DNA of 34,243 bases from Armatimonadota bacterium (GCA_043754515.1 JAYUUO010000174.1:1-34243); one strand, 5' to 3'; shown: positions 18,724 through 27,659, numbered from the stretch's first letter. Numbers and translations: made by a program. Notes: generated from the letters alone by a model not told the origin.

Positions 18724-19749
18724 ATGAAAGTTGGCATTTTAACGGGCGGCGGCGACTGTCCCGGCTTGAACCCCGCGATCCGCGGCATCGTTTATCGCGG
18801 ACTTGACTTCGGCTTCGAGTTCGTCGGCATCCAAGAGGGCTGGCGCGGTCTCGTGAAGGGCATTTACGAGCCGCTGGGACTCAAGGACGTGGAAGAGATC
18901 ATCTATCAGGGCGGTACCATGCTCGGCTCCTCGCGCACGAACCCGTTCAAAAGCGAATCTGACTTGGAGGCGGTGCTCGCCAACATCAAGTCGGCGGGCT
19001 TCGACGCGATCGTCGCATGCGGCGGCGAGGATACGCTCGGTGTCGCCGCGAAACTGTTCAGCCAGCATGGTGTGCCCACGGTCGGCGTCCCGAAAACGAT
19101 GGACAACGATTTGAACAAGACCGACTTCACGTTCGGCTTCGACACGGCGGCGAGCGTCGGTATGGAAGCACTGGACCGACTGCGCGATACCGCCCGCTCC
19201 CACCGACGCGTAATGGTGCTCGAAGTGATGGGGCGGCACGCGGGCTGGGTCGCGGCGTACGTCGGGCTTGCGGGCGGCGCGGACTGGGTGACCCTGCCGG
19301 AGGAGCCGCTCGATGTCGAAGCGATGTGCGAGCATCTGCTGGCAGTCAAGGCGCGGGGTAAGAAGTACGGACTCGTCGTCGCCTCCGAAGGTACGGAACT
19401 GCCGGATGCGGGCGAGGCGAAAGCGGTGGACGCGTTCGGCCACGTCCAGCTAGGCGACCGCAACGTCGGCGAGTTTTTAGCGGACACCATCCAGAAACAA
19501 ACGGGCTGGGAGACGCGCTCGGCGGTGGTCGGGCATGTCCATCGGGGCGGTTCCCCCACCCTCTTCGACCGCGTACTCGGAATGCGCGTTGGCATGAAGG
19601 CGGCGGAGCTTGTCAAAGCGGGTGACTTCGGCAAGATGGCGGCACTGGTCGGCACCGAAGTACAGGGCGTTGACATCGTGGAGGCGACCGCGACGCTCAA
19701 GGTCGTGCCCCCGGCGTTCCTCGACCTGCTGAAAGCCACCTACAAGTAA
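18724..19749 (+). CDS. pfkA: 6-phosphofructokinase, probably PPi-dependent type
   Basis: GILTGGGDCPGLN, GGTMLGSSRTNP, GGEDT, PKTMDND, EVMGRHAGW, GHVHRGG. Confidence 0.93.
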   Translation: MKVGILTGGGDCPGLNPAIRGIVYRGLDFGFEFVGIQEGWRGLVKGIYEPLGLKDVEEIIYQGGTMLGSSRTNPFKSESDLEAVLANIKSAGFDAIVACGGEDTLGVAAKLFSQHGVPTVGVPKTMDNDLNKTDFTFGFDTAASVGMEALDRLRDTARSHRRVMVLEVMGRHAGWVAAYVGLAGGADWVTLPEEPLDVEAMCEHLLAVKARGKKYGLVVASEGTELPDAGEAKAVDAFGHVQLGDRNVGEFLADTIQKQTGWETRSAVVGHVHRGGSPTLFDRVLGMRVGMKAAELVKAGDFGKMAALVGTEVQGVDIVEATATLKVVPPAFLDLLKATYK

Positions 19750-19757
19750 CGGAACGG

Positions 19758-19793
19758 CGCGCGGGCGGCGCGGTGTTCCGCGTCGCCCGCGCG
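19758..19793. terminator. Hairpin between the convergent pfk and DUF1559 genes
   Basis: CGCGCGGGCGGCGCGG-TGTT-CCGCGTCGCCCGCGCG 16-bp stem with one G-U pair. Confidence 0.6.
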
Positions 19794-19795
19794 GG

Positions 19796-20824
19796 TTACT
19801 TGCGCGAGGCGTCCCACATGTTGCGCTCCGGCTGTTTGACCGGGTCCGGGTTCGTCTGCCCCGGCTCGATGGCCTTTACATGGCCGTCCACGAAGCAGAT
19901 GTTCGACAGGCCGTTGTGCCGCGCGGTGACGGTGCCTTCTTTGCCCGCTGGCCACGCGGCCGTCGCCGTCCCGTCGGGGGATTCGCCAAGCCCGAAGAAC
20001 GCGTCCAGCTCGTCCGTGCCGACGAAGGGCGGGTAGCCGAGCACGCCCTGCCCGTCTTTGCCGCGCGCCTTGAGATCCGAGTTGTGCCGCTCCGCTAGCA
20101 GGATAGTCTCGGTCTGTCGGGGGATGTCGGAAAGACCTATGAGGCGAAACGGGGGCTTAATGCCGCCCCCCGCGTCGAACATCCAATCGCCGCCGAGTGG
20201 TACCGCGCCGTAGTGTCCGGTCTGGCGGTCGCGGATGTACGCGTTTGGGGCGTAGGACATGGAGGCGACTGGCGCGGGCCACCCGGCGTAAACCACGGAG
20301 TCCTCGCCGTCGGAGGGACAGACATAGATTTTGTACGTCTTCGCGTAAGGTTGGATCGCGTACGCCCACCCCTCGCCCCACCAGCCGCCGCCTTTTCCGC
20401 CCTTCCCTTTCGCAGGACATGCGAACGGGTGCGTCTCGTCGTTATCCTGTGCATACTGCGAGAAAGCTATACCCAGTTGCCGCATGTTGGATAGGCACGT
20501 CGTCTGTCGCGCCTTCTCCCGCGCCTGAGCGAACACGGGGAAAAGAATCGCAACGAGTAGGGCGATGATGGCTATCACGACGAGCAGTTCGATCAGCGTA
20601 AACGCGGCGGCCGCATTCGTAAACGCGGAGCGTTTGACGCGGGTGAACGCAACTCGCGCGGTACCACGGTATAGGGGGACGGCTCGGGCTGGCGACGGCA
20701 CGGGCGCGAGCCATGCCAGAGTGCGAAGTCCGGGGCTTCTAGAGGGGATAGGGCGAGTGCGTCCCAACACCGAAACCCAACATGTGGCAGGTTTCAACGA
20801 GAGGACACGCTTTCTTCGATGCAT
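19796..20824 (-). CDS. Prepilin-type N-terminal cleavage/methylation protein, DUF1559 / H-X9-DG family
   Basis: [59 protein letters not shown]. The true start is uncertain and probably downstream of 20824. Confidence 0.9.
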   Translation of the reverse strand: MHRRKRVLSLKPATCWVSVLGRTRPIPSRSPGLRTLAWLAPVPSPARAVPLYRGTARVAFTRVKRSAFTNAAAAFTLIELLVVIAIIALLVAILFPVFAQAREKARQTTCLSNMRQLGIAFSQYAQDNDETHPFACPAKGKGGKGGGWWGEGWAYAIQPYAKTYKIYVCPSDGEDSVVYAGWPAPVASMSYAPNAYIRDRQTGHYGAVPLGGDWMFDAGGGIKPPFRLIGLSDIPRQTETILLAERHNSDLKARGKDGQGVLGYPPFVGTDELDAFFGLGESPDGTATAAWPAGKEGTVTARHNGLSNICFVDGHVKAIEPGQTNPDPVKQPERNMWDASRK

Positions 20825-20941
20825 AAACGATTCATTATACGCCGGATTAGTCGCTTGTCACCGGCGAAAGTGTGGACACGCGCGGGGCGGGAAAGTTTTG
20901 AACCGGCGCGGAACATCCGCGCCGGTCCGGTTCAGCAGGTC

Positions 20942-21034
20942 TTACACCTGCTCATCGAGTGCGAGCCACGTGCCTATGCTTGTCATGCCAAGCGACACGA
21001 GCACGACGCAGGCTAGAGCCAATATTACAGTCAT
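20942..21034 (-). CDS. 30-aa single-pass small membrane protein (unannotated)
   Basis: AGGAGG (21048-21043) 8 nt before ATG; MTVILALACVVLVSLGMTSIGTWLALDEQV*; downstream hairpin at 20902-20926. Confidence 0.65.
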   Translation of the reverse strand: MTVILALACVVLVSLGMTSIGTWLALDEQV

Positions 21035-21255
21035 CGCCAATTCCTCCTGTTTCGGAAGGCACGGCTACGTACCAAAAATGCTCCCTCGTTTTTTGTATCT
21101 TTGCCTCGCGTGAGCGAAGCCACGGTTCATTGCGCCGCCTGAACGGCGCGGGGCGATGGATACCCACTTATTAGAACAGGTAGTTCATTGCCACCGTTCC
21201 GGGTTCTTTATCGCCGCGAGCGGGTGGTCTGCTAAAGAATATTTCGTAGCGAGAA

Positions 21256-22185
21256 CTAGGCGGACTCGGGCAGGAAGGTGGGCATGACGACGCCGGTCGG
21301 GACGAACCACTCGCCACGGCATTGCGCGACGTACAGCTCGCAGTTTCTCGCGCCCCATGTGTAGACGAGTTGTACGAGCGTGGTCGCCGTGACCGGAAGT
21401 AGGAAGACGGGGGCCATGCCACGTTGCGCGTCGAGTTGCGCCCACAGGAGCGGGGCCATCACCTCCGGGGTGACGGCGATTCCGGGTCCGATGAAGCGGC
21501 TCGCCGGGTGCGAGACGGATGCCAACGCGCCAACTATTTCGCCGCTGTCGGGAGATACATATACGACGGTGCGCCAGATGCCGCGCTGGTTTTCGATGAA
21601 GTATTGCCAGTCGCTCTGTCGGCTGATGCCCTGGATTCGATGTTCGAGCGCGGCGATGAGCGGCACGTCTTCGAGCGTTGCCAGACGGACATCCGCGCCG
21701 CCGTCGGGCGGCGGGTGCGGTAGCCCGGACTCGGGAACGGCGACCGTCATACCCTGGAACAGGAGGCGCGGCACGAAACCGGCGCGGTTGTAGAGCGAGA
21801 ACGAGTCGAGGTTGAGCGCGGATGATACCAGACGGAGCGGCTTCCCTTCCTTCTCGGCGACGGCGATAACGGCGGCGAGCATTTGTCGCGCCGCGCCGCT
21901 CCCGAAGTAGGCCGGGTGCGCGTTCAGGATGCCGAGCGAGACGTGCGTCGGGCGGACGCGGTAAAAGCAGGAGCCGACGAGCCGCCCGGTCGCGGCGTCT
22001 TCGGCGAGGAGACAGCAACCGGGGTCGAGATCCTCATATACCTCGGGAAACAGCCGCGTCGCGGAGACCGCCCCGCCGAAGATGCGCCCCATTCCGTGCG
22101 TCTGGTACCAGTAGTTGGTGCCGACATAGATCAGTTCGGCGACAGCGTCGAAGTCGGCGGATGTCGCAGGATGTATCGTCAACAT
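21256..22185 (-). CDS. GNAT-family N-acetyltransferase (tandem GNAT-like)
   Basis: IHPATSADF, LNAHPAYFGSGAARQML, SLYNRAGF, second VRLATLEDV repeat; the start may be GTG 22194. Confidence 0.8.
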   Translation of the reverse strand: MLTIHPATSADFDAVAELIYVGTNYWYQTHGMGRIFGGAVSATRLFPEVYEDLDPGCCLLAEDAATGRLVGSCFYRVRPTHVSLGILNAHPAYFGSGAARQMLAAVIAVAEKEGKPLRLVSSALNLDSFSLYNRAGFVPRLLFQGMTVAVPESGLPHPPPDGGADVRLATLEDVPLIAALEHRIQGISRQSDWQYFIENQRGIWRTVVYVSPDSGEIVGALASVSHPASRFIGPGIAVTPEVMAPLLWAQLDAQRGMAPVFLLPVTATTLVQLVYTWGARNCELYVAQCRGEWFVPTGVVMPTFLPESA

Positions 22186-22253
22186 ATTTATCACCGGAAG
22201 TATTTCATAACGGCGACATTGGCGTATAGCAACTACCGCTCGAACATCCCTGA

Positions 22254-22526
22254 TCAGTGTGCCGCGGGAGCGACAGGCTTTTGGCCCGCTGCCGAAGGGC
22301 CGAAGCGTTGCTTGGCGGCCTCTATCCGCACTCTCTTCAGTTGATCCGGCATGTTTGGATCATCCTGTATTTGCTTAACAGTATCCTGATAATTCGAGGG
22401 AGCAGACGTAGCTGTCCCGGAACTCGCTGTGGTAGGTAATGGGTCGTCTTTTTTAGTGCATCCGGTCAGTACGAATACTGACAAAACAGCACATAAAGGG
22501 AGCAGCCGTGTATGTACAGATCTCAT
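22254..22526 (-). CDS. Small lipoprotein downstream of the DUF1559 gene
   Basis: MRSVHTRLLPLCAVLSVFVLTG-C lipobox, Ser/Thr-rich tether, short helical C-terminus. Confidence 0.75.
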   Translation of the reverse strand: MRSVHTRLLPLCAVLSVFVLTGCTKKDDPLPTTASSGTATSAPSNYQDTVKQIQDDPNMPDQLKRVRIEAAKQRFGPSAAGQKPVAPAAH

Positions 22527-22561
22527 AATATACTTTATCCTGGAAGCCTTGACAACGCACA

Positions 22562-22591
22562 CCGAGCACCGGGGTTATGACCGGTGCTCGG
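22562..22591 (-). terminator. Intercistronic stem-loop between the pilin-like gene and the lipoprotein
   Basis: CCGAGCACCGG-N8-CCGGTGCTCGG perfect 11-bp stem, no U tract. Confidence 0.6.
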
Positions 22592-22605
22592 CAGGCATCA
22601 TCAGG

Positions 22606-23454
22606 TCACTTACAGCCGTTCAAGCCATTAGTGAAGGTACCGTCGTTTGGCTCACGTCCGCCATACTTCTGCGCACCCCACCAGAAGCCCCAGTAGTTCC
22701 ACTCGTCACTACGACCTAGATCCGACCCACCGGGGAACAATTGGCTAAACGGGAACCACTTAGCGTGGCCATCGGCGAACATGATGACCGAGCCGTCCGT
22801 ATGACGCCCTTTTGCTTTCTGCCCTTTGCCACCCCACCAGGTAGGCCCAGGCCAGGTGGAGGTGATCGGGGGCCAATCAATCGCGAGTGCGGTTTGCGAG
22901 GCGGAACACATATCGGCCGAGTCGAGATCACGAGGAGGCATCTGACCATAAAACGATGGGTTGAACTTGTAATCCATCGGCGGGTAAACGTCGTTATAAT
23001 ACTTGAGGTCGCCCTGGGTGGACGCCCGAAGACCCTGGGTAGCGGGGTCGCTCAGATAGTCACCGTTGCCGTTATCATGTTGCTGGGCTTGTGTCGTTCC
23101 CATGTCGAACGCCGAGTCGGGACACTTGAATACGCCAAAGTTACTGACGTACGGCTGAAGTCGCGCGGCACCGATGTACGGTTCGTAACTGTTCCCATAA
23201 ATGTCGAGTAACACGACAGTGTTGTCATAGTCCTGGCAGTACTGCACGGTGGCTAAACCGATCTGCTTCATGTTAGACAAACACGCCGTCTGCCGCGCCT
23301 TAGAGCGGGCTTGGGCAAACACGGGGAACAGGATCGCGGCGAGGATCGCGATGATGGCGATCACAACGAGCAGTTCGATCAGGGTAAACCCACTTTGGGC
23401 AGCTCGGCCCGAGGTCATAGGTTGGCTACTACGCCGGTTCATAAACGATTTCAC
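22606..23454 (-). CDS. Prepilin-type N-terminal cleavage/methylation protein, DUF1559 / H-X9-DG family
   Basis: [72 protein letters not shown] before GTG 23454. Confidence 0.92.
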   Translation of the reverse strand: MKSFMNRRSSQPMTSGRAAQSGFTLIELLVVIAIIAILAAILFPVFAQARSKARQTACLSNMKQIGLATVQYCQDYDNTVVLLDIYGNSYEPYIGAARLQPYVSNFGVFKCPDSAFDMGTTQAQQHDNGNGDYLSDPATQGLRASTQGDLKYYNDVYPPMDYKFNPSFYGQMPPRDLDSADMCSASQTALAIDWPPITSTWPGPTWWGGKGQKAKGRHTDGSVIMFADGHAKWFPFSQLFPGGSDLGRSDEWNYWGFWWGAQKYGGREPNDGTFTNGLNGCK

Positions 23455-23535
23455 GGTTCAATTATCCTTCCAGAATATACGCGGTCTCTACAAACGTCGC
23501 CGGGCGCGTCACACACGGCGTCTCTGCCCGCATTA

Positions 23536-23551
23536 CCCCAACCGATTGGGG
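23536..23551. promoter_or_regulatory. Putative LacI-family operator 1
   Basis: CCCCAACCGATTGGGG, a CG-centred palindrome with one mismatch, just downstream of the pilin promoter. Confidence 0.7.
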
Positions 23552-23564
23552 ATTAGGTGATCAC

Positions 23565-23593
23565 AATATACACCCGATTCCTAATCTCGTCAA
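23565..23593 (-). promoter_or_regulatory. sigma70 promoter of the pilin-lipoprotein unit
   Basis: TTGACG(23593-23588)-17 nt-TATATT(23570-23565). Confidence 0.7.
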
Positions 23594-23662
23594 GATCTCC
23601 CCCAACTTTTTTTCTGGACAGGTCCATCAGCACTTTCGTCACGGTCATTTCCCGCGTATCTA

Positions 23663-23691
23663 TTGACAGCGCACTCGCACAGGGCTACAAT
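23663..23691 (+). promoter_or_regulatory. sigma70 promoter of the LacI gene
   Basis: TTGACA(23663-23668)-17 nt-TACAAT(23686-23691). Confidence 0.8.
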
Positions 23692-23707
23692 GCGTTACCG
23701 ACAAGAC

Positions 23708-23727
23708 TTACCCAACCGTGTGGGTAA
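23708..23727. promoter_or_regulatory. Putative LacI-family operator 2 (autoregulation)
   Basis: TTACCCAACCGTGTGGGTAA shares the CCCAACCG..TGGG core with operator 1. Confidence 0.7.
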
Positions 23728-23811
23728 CCTGACCGTTCCAGCCGGTCATTGGAGACATTTTACGTGAGCAACGAGCGATCCATATTACCAAACCCTAAGG
23801 AGACCATCGTC

Positions 23812-24852
23812 GTGGCGAGTGGCGACCTCGGGCGCGTCGCGCGCCTTGAAGACATCGCGAACCGCGTCGGAGTCGCCCGCTCCGAAGTGTCGCGCGTCCT
23901 GAACGGGCGGATGCGCGAAGGGCGTAGCGTCGGGCGGGCGAAGCAAGATTTAATCCGCGAAGTCGCCCGCGAAATGAACTACCAGCCGAACCGCGCCGCG
24001 CAGAGCCTTGCAAAAGGCAAGACGGATGCCGTAGCACTCTCCGTGCGGCTTGACTCTACCTGCGACCTGCCCCCGCACTACCACGAGATCGTCGGAGCAC
24101 TCACTTATACGTTGAACGACTGGGGGCTGCATCTACTCCTCGTCCAGACCAACGAAGACCCCACCCCGACTCTCGAATCGCTCGCCCGTGCCCACACCTG
24201 CGACGCCGTAATCATCACGGACATGATGGTCAGCGACGCCCGTCCCGCCCTGCTCCAGGACTTGGGAATGCCGTTCCTGGTGCGCGGCTCCGCGCCCGTC
24301 ACTGGAGTCACCGCGATCGGTATGAACAACTACGCGGTCGGATATAAGGCGGTCGAGTTCCTGCGGCGCCTCGGACACCGCCGCATCCTGTTCCACAACA
24401 TCGGGCGCGCCTTCATGTCCGGCTCGAAGCGGCATGAGGGGTTCTGTGCCGCCACCACCGAGTTCGGATTGCAGGACACGGTCCGCTACGAGGACGTCGT
24501 TTACAAAGAAGACGATGTTTACAACCTGACGCGCCGCATCATGCGCGAACCGGATCCGCCCACCGCTATCTTCGCCGCCGACGAAATGGCCGCGCTCGGT
24601 GTGCTCCGCGCCCTCGCCGAACTCGACATCGCGGTGCCCGAACAGGTATCAGTGCTGTCCTGTCTGAACGCCCGTTTCATGCGGCGCGTGTTGCCCCGGC
24701 TGTCGTTCATCAACACCCGGCAACACGAAGTGGCGACGGAGGCGGGACGTATGCTCGGACGAATGCTTCGCGGCGAGGCCATTGAGGCGCGGCAGACGTT
24801 TCTCACGCCGATCTTGGAAGAGAACGGGTCCTGCGCCCCGCCCCCGCGCTGA
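23812..24852 (+). CDS. LacI-family transcriptional regulator
   Basis: RLEDIANRVGVARSEVSRVLNG HTH, YQPNRAAQSL hinge, LGHRRI, PTAIFAADEMAALG, VPEQVSV; AAGGAG SD before GTG 23812. Confidence 0.93.
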   Translation: MASGDLGRVARLEDIANRVGVARSEVSRVLNGRMREGRSVGRAKQDLIREVAREMNYQPNRAAQSLAKGKTDAVALSVRLDSTCDLPPHYHEIVGALTYTLNDWGLHLLLVQTNEDPTPTLESLARAHTCDAVIITDMMVSDARPALLQDLGMPFLVRGSAPVTGVTAIGMNNYAVGYKAVEFLRRLGHRRILFHNIGRAFMSGSKRHEGFCAATTEFGLQDTVRYEDVVYKEDDVYNLTRRIMREPDPPTAIFAADEMAALGVLRALAELDIAVPEQVSVLSCLNARFMRRVLPRLSFINTRQHEVATEAGRMLGRMLRGEAIEARQTFLTPILEENGSCAPPPR

Positions 24853-24901
24853 CGGACGGAGCAGGCAAGTCAGTAGGCTATACCGGGCGAACGGGTCTCT
24901 C

Positions 24902-26557
24902 TTAATGCCCCGGTTCTACGGTTCTCGCTTCGGGTTCCGGCACACCGGGTGCCTTCTGTTCGTCAGGCAGTTTCGTCTCGCCCTCCAGTGCCGCCTCATC
25001 CGCGTCTTCCAATTTACGCTCATTTTTGAGCAAAGTCATTGGGGTGGGGGCGGCAAATTTTGGATACAGGCGGAAGAGCACCCCTTGTAAGCTAGCGGCT
25101 ATCGGTACCGCGACCAACATTCCCCATAGCCCGATCAGGTGGCCGCCCAGGAACAGCGAGAACATCGCGAGAATGGGGTGTATTCCCGCCCGCTCCCCGA
25201 CCACCTTCGGCATGACCACGTAGTCGAATATCTGGTTGATCGCGACTAGCCCCCCCGCCGCGAAAGCGGCCCCTGTCGGCCCGCACCCCGTCGCGAGTGC
25301 CGCTATAACGGCCAGCAAGAGGGTGGAGATCGCCCCGAGATAGGGCACTGAATAAAGGACGCCGGCGAGCACGCCGATCAGTAACCCGTAGACACGCAGA
25401 CCGGGGAAAAATAGACTCAAAGCAAGGAGATACACCATGCACGCGCCGCCGTACATGGAGCAGATGATGAGTAGTCCGCGCAAGTATTTGCCGAACACCT
25501 CACCGACGTCGAGCACCAGTACCTGGACAAACCTCCGGGCGTTACTCGGCAGAAAGAGATACAGCCGCGCCCGCAACCGGTCGAGATCTAGCAGTATGAA
25601 GATCGAGATGACAGGCACTAGCACGACGTCAATCAGTCGGCCAACGGAGGTTGCGATGATTCCAGTGAGGCCCGAAGCGGAAACCTTGAGGGCGTGTGAT
25701 ACCTGATCGCTATACTGCGCGGTGATTGTGTTCAGATTCTGGGGGAGTTTGATGGGGCCTATTTTGGGGTGTCCCGCGAGCCACTTGTCGACCTGTTTGC
25801 GCATCAGATCGAACCCTGATAGACCGTCGGCGGGCGGTTGCCAGGAGAGGCGAACCGAGCCGTCACCGGGGTGCGCCGAAACGTCACGGGGCGACTGCGG
25901 CGGTAGCGTCGCCGCGCCGCTACTGGCGGCGGGCGCGTCCGCGTTCGTCACGACGGCTTTGGCGGCGGTGCCCTCTTTCGTTGTGCCAGCAATATCCGCG
26001 CCGCGATGGGGTGTCGTAGCGGTCTCAGGTGAGGCGAACTGCGTGCCGTCCGCATTCGTGGCGTAGACGACGAACCGGTAGGGCGTGTCGTTGTCCAGAT
26101 TTTTGACCGTGAGGGTCGTATCGCCGACACCCTCGGCGACCGTAACGAACCTATCCGTGTCCCCTACGCTCCGGGTGATGACATAAGTCACGGGCGTGAA
26201 GAACTGGACCAGCCGTTGCGTCTGACCGATCAGCGCGGGACCCGCGTACGACATGACAGCGCCGAAGAGCGACAGGAACACGAAGAATACTAGGATAACA
26301 GCCCGCATCCGCTGGCCACTCGTGACACGCGCCTGCACCCAGCGCACGAGCGGTTCCAGCAATAGCGAAAGGATGATCGCACCGATGAACGGCGTCGCGA
26401 CCGCCAGCGTCGCGTCGAGTAGCTTCCAGCCGACGAAGAGCAAAAGCGCGAGCGTAGCGGTGCCGCAGGCGAAGAAAAATCCGTTACGGTACGCGTCGTC
26501 GGGACGCACTTGAGGCGTCCCAGCGTTGGGCGGGTCGGGAGCAGATGAAAGACTCAT
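24902..26557 (-). CDS. AI-2E (PerM/TqsA) family transporter with an inserted FN3-like segment
   Basis: PFIGAIILSLLLEPLV, IFILLD, YLRGLLI, VPYLGA, VVMPKVVGERAGIHP, GLWGMLVAVPIAA; about 125 extra residues after TM3. Confidence 0.9.
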   Translation of the reverse strand: MSLSSAPDPPNAGTPQVRPDDAYRNGFFFACGTATLALLLFVGWKLLDATLAVATPFIGAIILSLLLEPLVRWVQARVTSGQRMRAVILVFFVFLSLFGAVMSYAGPALIGQTQRLVQFFTPVTYVITRSVGDTDRFVTVAEGVGDTTLTVKNLDNDTPYRFVVYATNADGTQFASPETATTPHRGADIAGTTKEGTAAKAVVTNADAPAASSGAATLPPQSPRDVSAHPGDGSVRLSWQPPADGLSGFDLMRKQVDKWLAGHPKIGPIKLPQNLNTITAQYSDQVSHALKVSASGLTGIIATSVGRLIDVVLVPVISIFILLDLDRLRARLYLFLPSNARRFVQVLVLDVGEVFGKYLRGLLIICSMYGGACMVYLLALSLFFPGLRVYGLLIGVLAGVLYSVPYLGAISTLLLAVIAALATGCGPTGAAFAAGGLVAINQIFDYVVMPKVVGERAGIHPILAMFSLFLGGHLIGLWGMLVAVPIAASLQGVLFRLYPKFAAPTPMTLLKNERKLEDADEAALEGETKLPDEQKAPGVPEPEARTVEPGH

Positions 26558-26697
26558 TGCGCCTGTTATACCCCATCCGCATGTCCACTATCCGCCTGGC
26601 GTCTCGGACGGGAGGGCGGATCGCACCACGGCAGTGCGCCTGCAACGGTGGAAACGTCGGCTTCCGCACGTTACAATAAACGGTAGAAGCAAACCCT

Positions 26698-26946
26698 ATG
26701 TCAGTGGAAACGATCACCCACGACGAGTTCGACCGATGCCTTGATGACGCCAATGACCGCGCCGAATCCGAATTGCGGATTTTGGAGCAGGAGAACCAGA
26801 TGCCGCAACATCTCATCGAGCGGTACAAGTCCGTACAAGCGTCGCAAGCCGGTCTTGTCGAGTCCAACAAGCCGCGCTCGACTGAGTTGCGCCGACTGCT
26901 GTTGCAGTTCGCCGATAGTTCCCTCGAAGCCGCGCAAGCCCTGTGA
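26698..26946 (+). CDS. Small helical protein, upstream partner of HNH (antitoxin-like)
   Basis: 82-aa acidic helical ORF whose stop overlaps the HNH GTG start. Confidence 0.55.
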   Translation: MSVETITHDEFDRCLDDANDRAESELRILEQENQMPQHLIERYKSVQASQAGLVESNKPRSTELRRLLLQFADSSLEAAQAL

Positions 26947-27437
26947 TTCGTGCCGACGTTAAGCGGGTGGTACGCGCGACATATGCATTTGCGTGTGGAA
27001 CAAGACAAAACTTGTTTTGTCTGAACAATGGCGTTTCGGAAGCCGAGGTCGGGGCGGAACTCACCTACGATCATTTCGTCCCGCAGTCCAAAGGTGCCAC
27101 CGATGACGCGGACAATCTCGTCTACGCCTGTCATGCCTGCAACGAATTCAAGGGCGACTATTCCAACGGCGCGGCGCGGCTTTTGCACCCTCTGCGCGAC
27201 GATCTAATATGGCATTTACATAAGACGGCGACTGGCGAATGCGAAGCAGTAACTGCGTCCGGCACAATCGTCATCGCTTGCCTTCAACTCAACCGCGCGC
27301 CGACGCCGCAACAACGCTCTGGTCGCAACGGGGATACGGTTGCAGGAACAGCGCAAAGCGATTGTCGCCCGAGCTATCGCGTCGCTCGACCGACGCAAAC
27401 GGCGTGGAGACCGCCAGTGATAAAACTCTCTGTGTGA
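26943..27437 (+). pseudogene. HNH endonuclease, degenerate
   Basis: LTYDHFVPQSKG.TDD.DNLVYACHACNEFKGD, RLLHPLRDD. The first CxxC is disrupted by an insertion, and the C-terminus after LQLNR looks out of frame. Confidence 0.7.
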
Positions 27438-27557
27438 GATAGTCAAGACTCAAGCAGTACACGCTGGTAACGCGAGTAGCGGCAAGCGGCGTGGGTGCGG
27501 TGACGCGCCCGCGCCCGACCTTATGAGTCGTCTATAAACGCGCCATACTACGGTCGT

Positions 27558-27620
27558 ATGTCTAAACCCTACGATGCCGTCACCAAACGCCTGATCGAGA
27601 TGCGCCCCGCAGACACGTCC
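27558..27620 (+). pseudogene. Truncated gene start ([19 protein letters not shown], Rpn-like hypothetical)
   Basis: CATACT 8 nt upstream of the ATG; recognisable N-terminus lost just before the transposase remnants. Confidence 0.4.
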
Positions 27621-27659
27621 GCACACTTAACGAACTCATCGCGAAGTGGGGGCAATAAA

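Noticed and set aside
21170..21200. GGAAC...TCTAA ECF-like promoter upstream of the 30-aa ORF
   Set aside because: Spacing is ambiguous, there is a single instance, and no cognate sigma factor is in the window
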